Of a stretch of 60,150 bases of DNA, positions 56,898 to 60,150 are shown piece after piece. The notes under the pieces are model-generated. The model did no database searches. It had not been told where the DNA came from and was given only the letters and a program-made list of their open reading frames with translations. A program made the translations under genes and the position numbers. This DNA comes from a bacterium. GTDB taxonomy: Bacteria > Patescibacteriota > Minisyncoccia > Phycocordibacterales > UBA9973. The first letter of the stretch is position 1; the number at the start of each line of letters is the position of its first letter. The DNA is taken from contig JAKAKW010000003.1 of NCBI GenBank assembly GCA_021824345.1, positions 1 to 60,150 on the forward strand. Direction: 5' to 3'.

Positions 56898-57590
56898 ATG
56901 AAAAAAATGGATCCTGACAAACAAATGGAAAAATTGGAAGAAGAGGAAAAGAAATCGGAGGAAAATCTGAAAAAGAAATTCTTTTCCGAAAAATGGTTTA
57001 AAAACCTCGGCGTGATCGTTTTGGTATTTGCCGCCGTGGGCGCCTTCGCCTTTTGGCGGGATACCGCGGGCCGGGTGAGCATAGAAAATTCATACATAGA
57101 GGCGCAGGCAATCAATTTGTCCCCCTCGATTCCGGGAGTGCTTTCCGACATTTATGTAAAGGAAGGGCAAACAATTTCCGCCAACGCCCCGGTGGCAAAA
57201 GTGGGGAATCAGGTGATAATTTCCCGGGTGCCGGGCGTGGTGACGTACGCAAGCAAACAAATAGGGCAGTACTTTAATCCCGGTTCCACCGTCATATCAA
57301 TGTTCAATCCCGCCGATATGCAGGTGGTGGGAAAAATTGACGAGAACAAAGGATTGTCCGACATCGCGGTCGGCCAGCCGGTATCTTTCACCGTGGACGC
57401 GTTCGGAAGCAGGGTTTTTTACGGAGTGGTGAGCGAGGTCAGCTCTGTGTCGGACGATCCCAGCGTGATGTTTACCATTTCCGACCAGCGTCCGGTGAGG
57501 CAGTTTGACGTCAAAGCGGACTTTGATGTTTCCAAATACGATTTTCTGAAGCCGGGCATGTCCGCCAAGATGACTGTGTTTGTGAAATAG
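56898..57590 (+). CDS. EmrA-like membrane-fusion protein lacking the alpha-hairpin
   Basis: TM, adjacent lipoyl halves, beta-barrel ending LKPGMSA. Confidence 0.8.
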   Translation: MKKMDPDKQMEKLEEEEKKSEENLKKKFFSEKWFKNLGVIVLVFAAVGAFAFWRDTAGRVSIENSYIEAQAINLSPSIPGVLSDIYVKEGQTISANAPVAKVGNQVIISRVPGVVTYASKQIGQYFNPGSTVISMFNPADMQVVGKIDENKGLSDIAVGQPVSFTVDAFGSRVFYGVVSEVSSVSDDPSVMFTISDQRPVRQFDVKADFDVSKYDFLKPGMSAKMTVFVK

Positions 57591-57593
57591 GCT

Positions 57594-59078
57594 ATGGAGA
57601 AGAAGCCCGAAAGCAATCTGCGCTGGTGGGTTCTTTTTACCGTAATCATCGGGACGTTTTTGGGCCGGCTGGACCAGACCGTGGTGAACCTGGCCATGCC
57701 AAAGATGATAGACGCGTTCAGCATCACAATCACCGCCGCCGGCTGGATTGCCACAGCATATATTCTTGCCAACGCCGTTTTCGTTCCCATCTGGGGCAAG
57801 CTCGGCGATACCATCGGCAGAAAGAAAGTTTACATACTCGGATTTTCCATATTCATTTTCGGCTCGGCCTTGGCGGGCCTCGCCTGGAACCTTACTTCCA
57901 TGATCGTTTTTCGAATAATCCAAGCGGTGGCGGCCAGCGCCGACTATCCCACCGCCATGGCCATTCTGGCGGTGACTTTCAGCGAGGGAAAAGAGCGGGC
58001 GCAGGCGCTCGGCATATGGTCGTCGTCGTTTGCGACTGCCACGGTTTTCGGGCCCCTTATTGGAGGTCCGCTCATAGACAATTTCGGCTGGCGCTCCATT
58101 TTTCTGGTGAACATTCCGGTAGGCATTGCCGGCATTTTCATGGCCATGCGCTTCATCAAGGAATCCAAAGCGAAAGTGGCTGCCACGTATTTCGACTGGT
58201 GGGGAGCTATGGCGCTCGGAGGATTTTTGTCCGCCCTGGTGCTGGTTTTGGATCAGGGACTTTCCTGGGGCTGGCTTTCGGTTCCTTCCCTCATTTGCTA
58301 TTTCTTCATAGTGGCGCTATTCGCGGCGTTCATTCGCATTGAACATAAAGTGAAGGAGCCCATCGTGGATCTTAAATTCTTCAAAATTCCTCCTTTCGTG
58401 AACGCGCTTCTGAACAGCTTCATCGTGTTCATGGCCATGATGGGCGCCATGTTCCTTCTGCCGATTTTCGCTCAGACATTTCTGGGATATACCGCCACCC
58501 AAACGGGGTATTTGTTCATACCCATGGCGCTGACCATGGTGGTCATGGCATATCTGGGCGGAACTTTGGCGGGCAAGGTGGAATCAAGATTCGTGATTTT
58601 TGCCGGAACGATAGTGGCGGGAATAGGAATGTTCATGTTCGTGGGGCTTGATCCGCGCTCAACCGCTCTGGACGTGATGATACCCCTTTCCGTGATGGCG
58701 GCGGGCTTGGGCTTCGGCATGGCTCAGCGCACGAACATCGTGGCGTCGGTGGTGAATCCCGACGAAATCGGGGTGGCCTCTTCCGTGCTTGCCCTGGTGC
58801 GCAACGTGGCCGGCGCCTTCGGCATCGCCATTTTCGGAACCATCTTGAGCAACGCCACATACGGCAATATTTTTTCCATCAGCCGGTACAGCCATCTTTT
58901 CAGCGCCGGCGCCTCGGCGGTGAAGGAATTCGCGGCCCTGGTAGAACTCAAGGCCCAAGTGTCCGCATATTCAAACGTATTCTTCGTTGCCGCGGTGGTG
59001 ATAATAATCGGAGCGATACCGGTGCTCTTTTTGAAGATCAAGAACGAGCGGACGGATATAAAAGTGCAGGTGGAATAG
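57594..59078 (+). CDS. DHA2 (EmrB/QacA) MFS efflux permease
   Basis: GTFLGRLDQTVVNLA, GKLGDTIGRK, GPLIGG, about 14 TMs. Confidence 0.95.
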   Translation: MEKKPESNLRWWVLFTVIIGTFLGRLDQTVVNLAMPKMIDAFSITITAAGWIATAYILANAVFVPIWGKLGDTIGRKKVYILGFSIFIFGSALAGLAWNLTSMIVFRIIQAVAASADYPTAMAILAVTFSEGKERAQALGIWSSSFATATVFGPLIGGPLIDNFGWRSIFLVNIPVGIAGIFMAMRFIKESKAKVAATYFDWWGAMALGGFLSALVLVLDQGLSWGWLSVPSLICYFFIVALFAAFIRIEHKVKEPIVDLKFFKIPPFVNALLNSFIVFMAMMGAMFLLPIFAQTFLGYTATQTGYLFIPMALTMVVMAYLGGTLAGKVESRFVIFAGTIVAGIGMFMFVGLDPRSTALDVMIPLSVMAAGLGFGMAQRTNIVASVVNPDEIGVASSVLALVRNVAGAFGIAIFGTILSNATYGNIFSISRYSHLFSAGASAVKEFAALVELKAQVSAYSNVFFVAAVVIIIGAIPVLFLKIKNERTDIKVQVE

Positions 59079-59099
59079 CGCACAGCGCATTGAAGAAAA

Positions 59100-59130
59100 G
59101 GCCCGGCGGGAAGCACAGCTTCCCGCCGGG
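59100..59130 (+). terminator. Terminator-like hairpin
   Basis: GCCCGGCGGGAAGC-ACA-GCTTCCCGCCGGGC. Confidence 0.65.
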
Positions 59131-59159
59131 CATCTTTGTGATAAAATTAAAAGCGATAC

Positions 59160-59963
59160 ATGAAAAAGACTATCGCATTCCTGCCTCTCGTCCTTGCCCT
59201 GATATTCCTCGGCGGTCTTGCGCCCGCGTTTGCAGAGAGTGGCGCTTCTTCGCCGACCATCATAAACGCGCGGATCCTGCCGACCGTATGGTACTCCTCC
59301 TTGTCCGTGGAAGAAGGGCAGAGCGTGAAAATATTCGCCGGCGTGCAGAACAACTCCGGCAAAGATTTCACCGGCGTGGCATCTTTTTATGTTGACGGAA
59401 ATTCAATCGCGGAAATTCCTTTTTCTTCCGCCGGGGACAGTCTTAAAGATGTTTCCGCGTCCTGGACCGCGACGGGCGGAACCCATGACGTTGCGGTAAA
59501 AATTTCAGCGGCCCTTCCGGCCGGCGAAGTTCTTTTTTCCGCGCAAAGCGACAAGTCGAGCCTTGATGTCGGCAGAAAAATTACTTTGCAGGACGTGCAG
59601 AACGTTGCCGGAAGCGCGGCCTCTTCCATAGTTTCCGCCGTAAACGGGGCGGCCGACAACCTTGCCAATCAAGTGGAATCGCTGAAAAAGCCGGCTGTAT
59701 CCGGAAGCTCCGCCGGAGCCGTTGCTTCTTCTTCAAGTTCCGCGGGCAAAACAGGTTCCGGTTCCTCCATTCAAAATCTTTCCAAATCGGCGGGGAATGT
59801 GCTGGGCGCGTTTTCCGGTTCGGGCACTTTCGGACAAAAGGCGGCCAATGCCGCCCAAGGCGCTTTCAATCTGGCCATGGACGGCTTGGCCTTTCTGATT
59901 CGCAATTGGCCATGGACCTTGGCCGGAATTTTTCTCTTATATCTGGTGTTTAGGTTTTTCTGA
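59160..59963 (+). CDS. Secreted Ig-like (CARDB-like) protein with a C-terminal TM anchor
   Basis: Signal peptide; Ig-like beta domain (FYVDG...WTATGG.H.V); Ser-rich linker; terminal TM. Confidence 0.75.
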   Translation: MKKTIAFLPLVLALIFLGGLAPAFAESGASSPTIINARILPTVWYSSLSVEEGQSVKIFAGVQNNSGKDFTGVASFYVDGNSIAEIPFSSAGDSLKDVSASWTATGGTHDVAVKISAALPAGEVLFSAQSDKSSLDVGRKITLQDVQNVAGSAASSIVSAVNGAADNLANQVESLKKPAVSGSSAGAVASSSSSAGKTGSGSSIQNLSKSAGNVLGAFSGSGTFGQKAANAAQGAFNLAMDGLAFLIRNWPWTLAGIFLLYLVFRFF

Positions 59964-60150
59964 ATATGACCGGATAATCCGGCGGATTTGTCCACAGGTT
60001 ATGCACTTTTGTCAAATCCCAATCGTAATAGCTAATAATAAACGGTTACCGAAACCTGATTGTATAGATAATAATTCGGTTACCGGTTCGCTTGCTTTTT
60101 CTTTTTCGAATAATCGAGCTTTCGAGCAAGCTCTGTTTTAAGTGTGTATC

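Overview
About 60 kb of a small-genome bacterium in standard code 11. The gene content (DUF5674 pair, ECF sigma with DUF5667, class F sortase, split transketolase, Cys-repeat surface protein, mostly SD-less leaders) points by inference to Patescibacteria/CPR, Parcubacteria-like. 1-17 kb: membrane, redox and surface genes (two DoxX, VIT1, YceI, a sortase with its likely substrate, an orphan cytochrome b, a P3A-type H+-ATPase) and four tRNAs, one of them tRNA-Asn(GUU) split by a 234-nt group I intron. 17-34 kb: an accessory/defence region with no integrase (MazG-like, Fic, RadC, Phd-RelE, RhuM, and a type III R-M pair interrupted by a ParB-REase plus adenine MTase). 34.8-52.4 kb: housekeeping genes (groES/EL, hpf, fmt, def, hisS, lepB, pth, dnaE, gap, rpiB, rpe, tkt, pfkB). 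52.5-60 kb: ECF sigma module and a MarR efflux operon. The best novel candidate is an array of three 27-bp variable-core palindromes directly upstream of rhuM. They share ends and geometry with a palindrome inside rhuM that encodes its variable S-V-x6-T segment, and each reads as an alternative version of that segment. Other candidates: three orphan structured RNAs, two REP-like families, and several long perfect palindromes. All calls come from reading the sequence; no searches were run.
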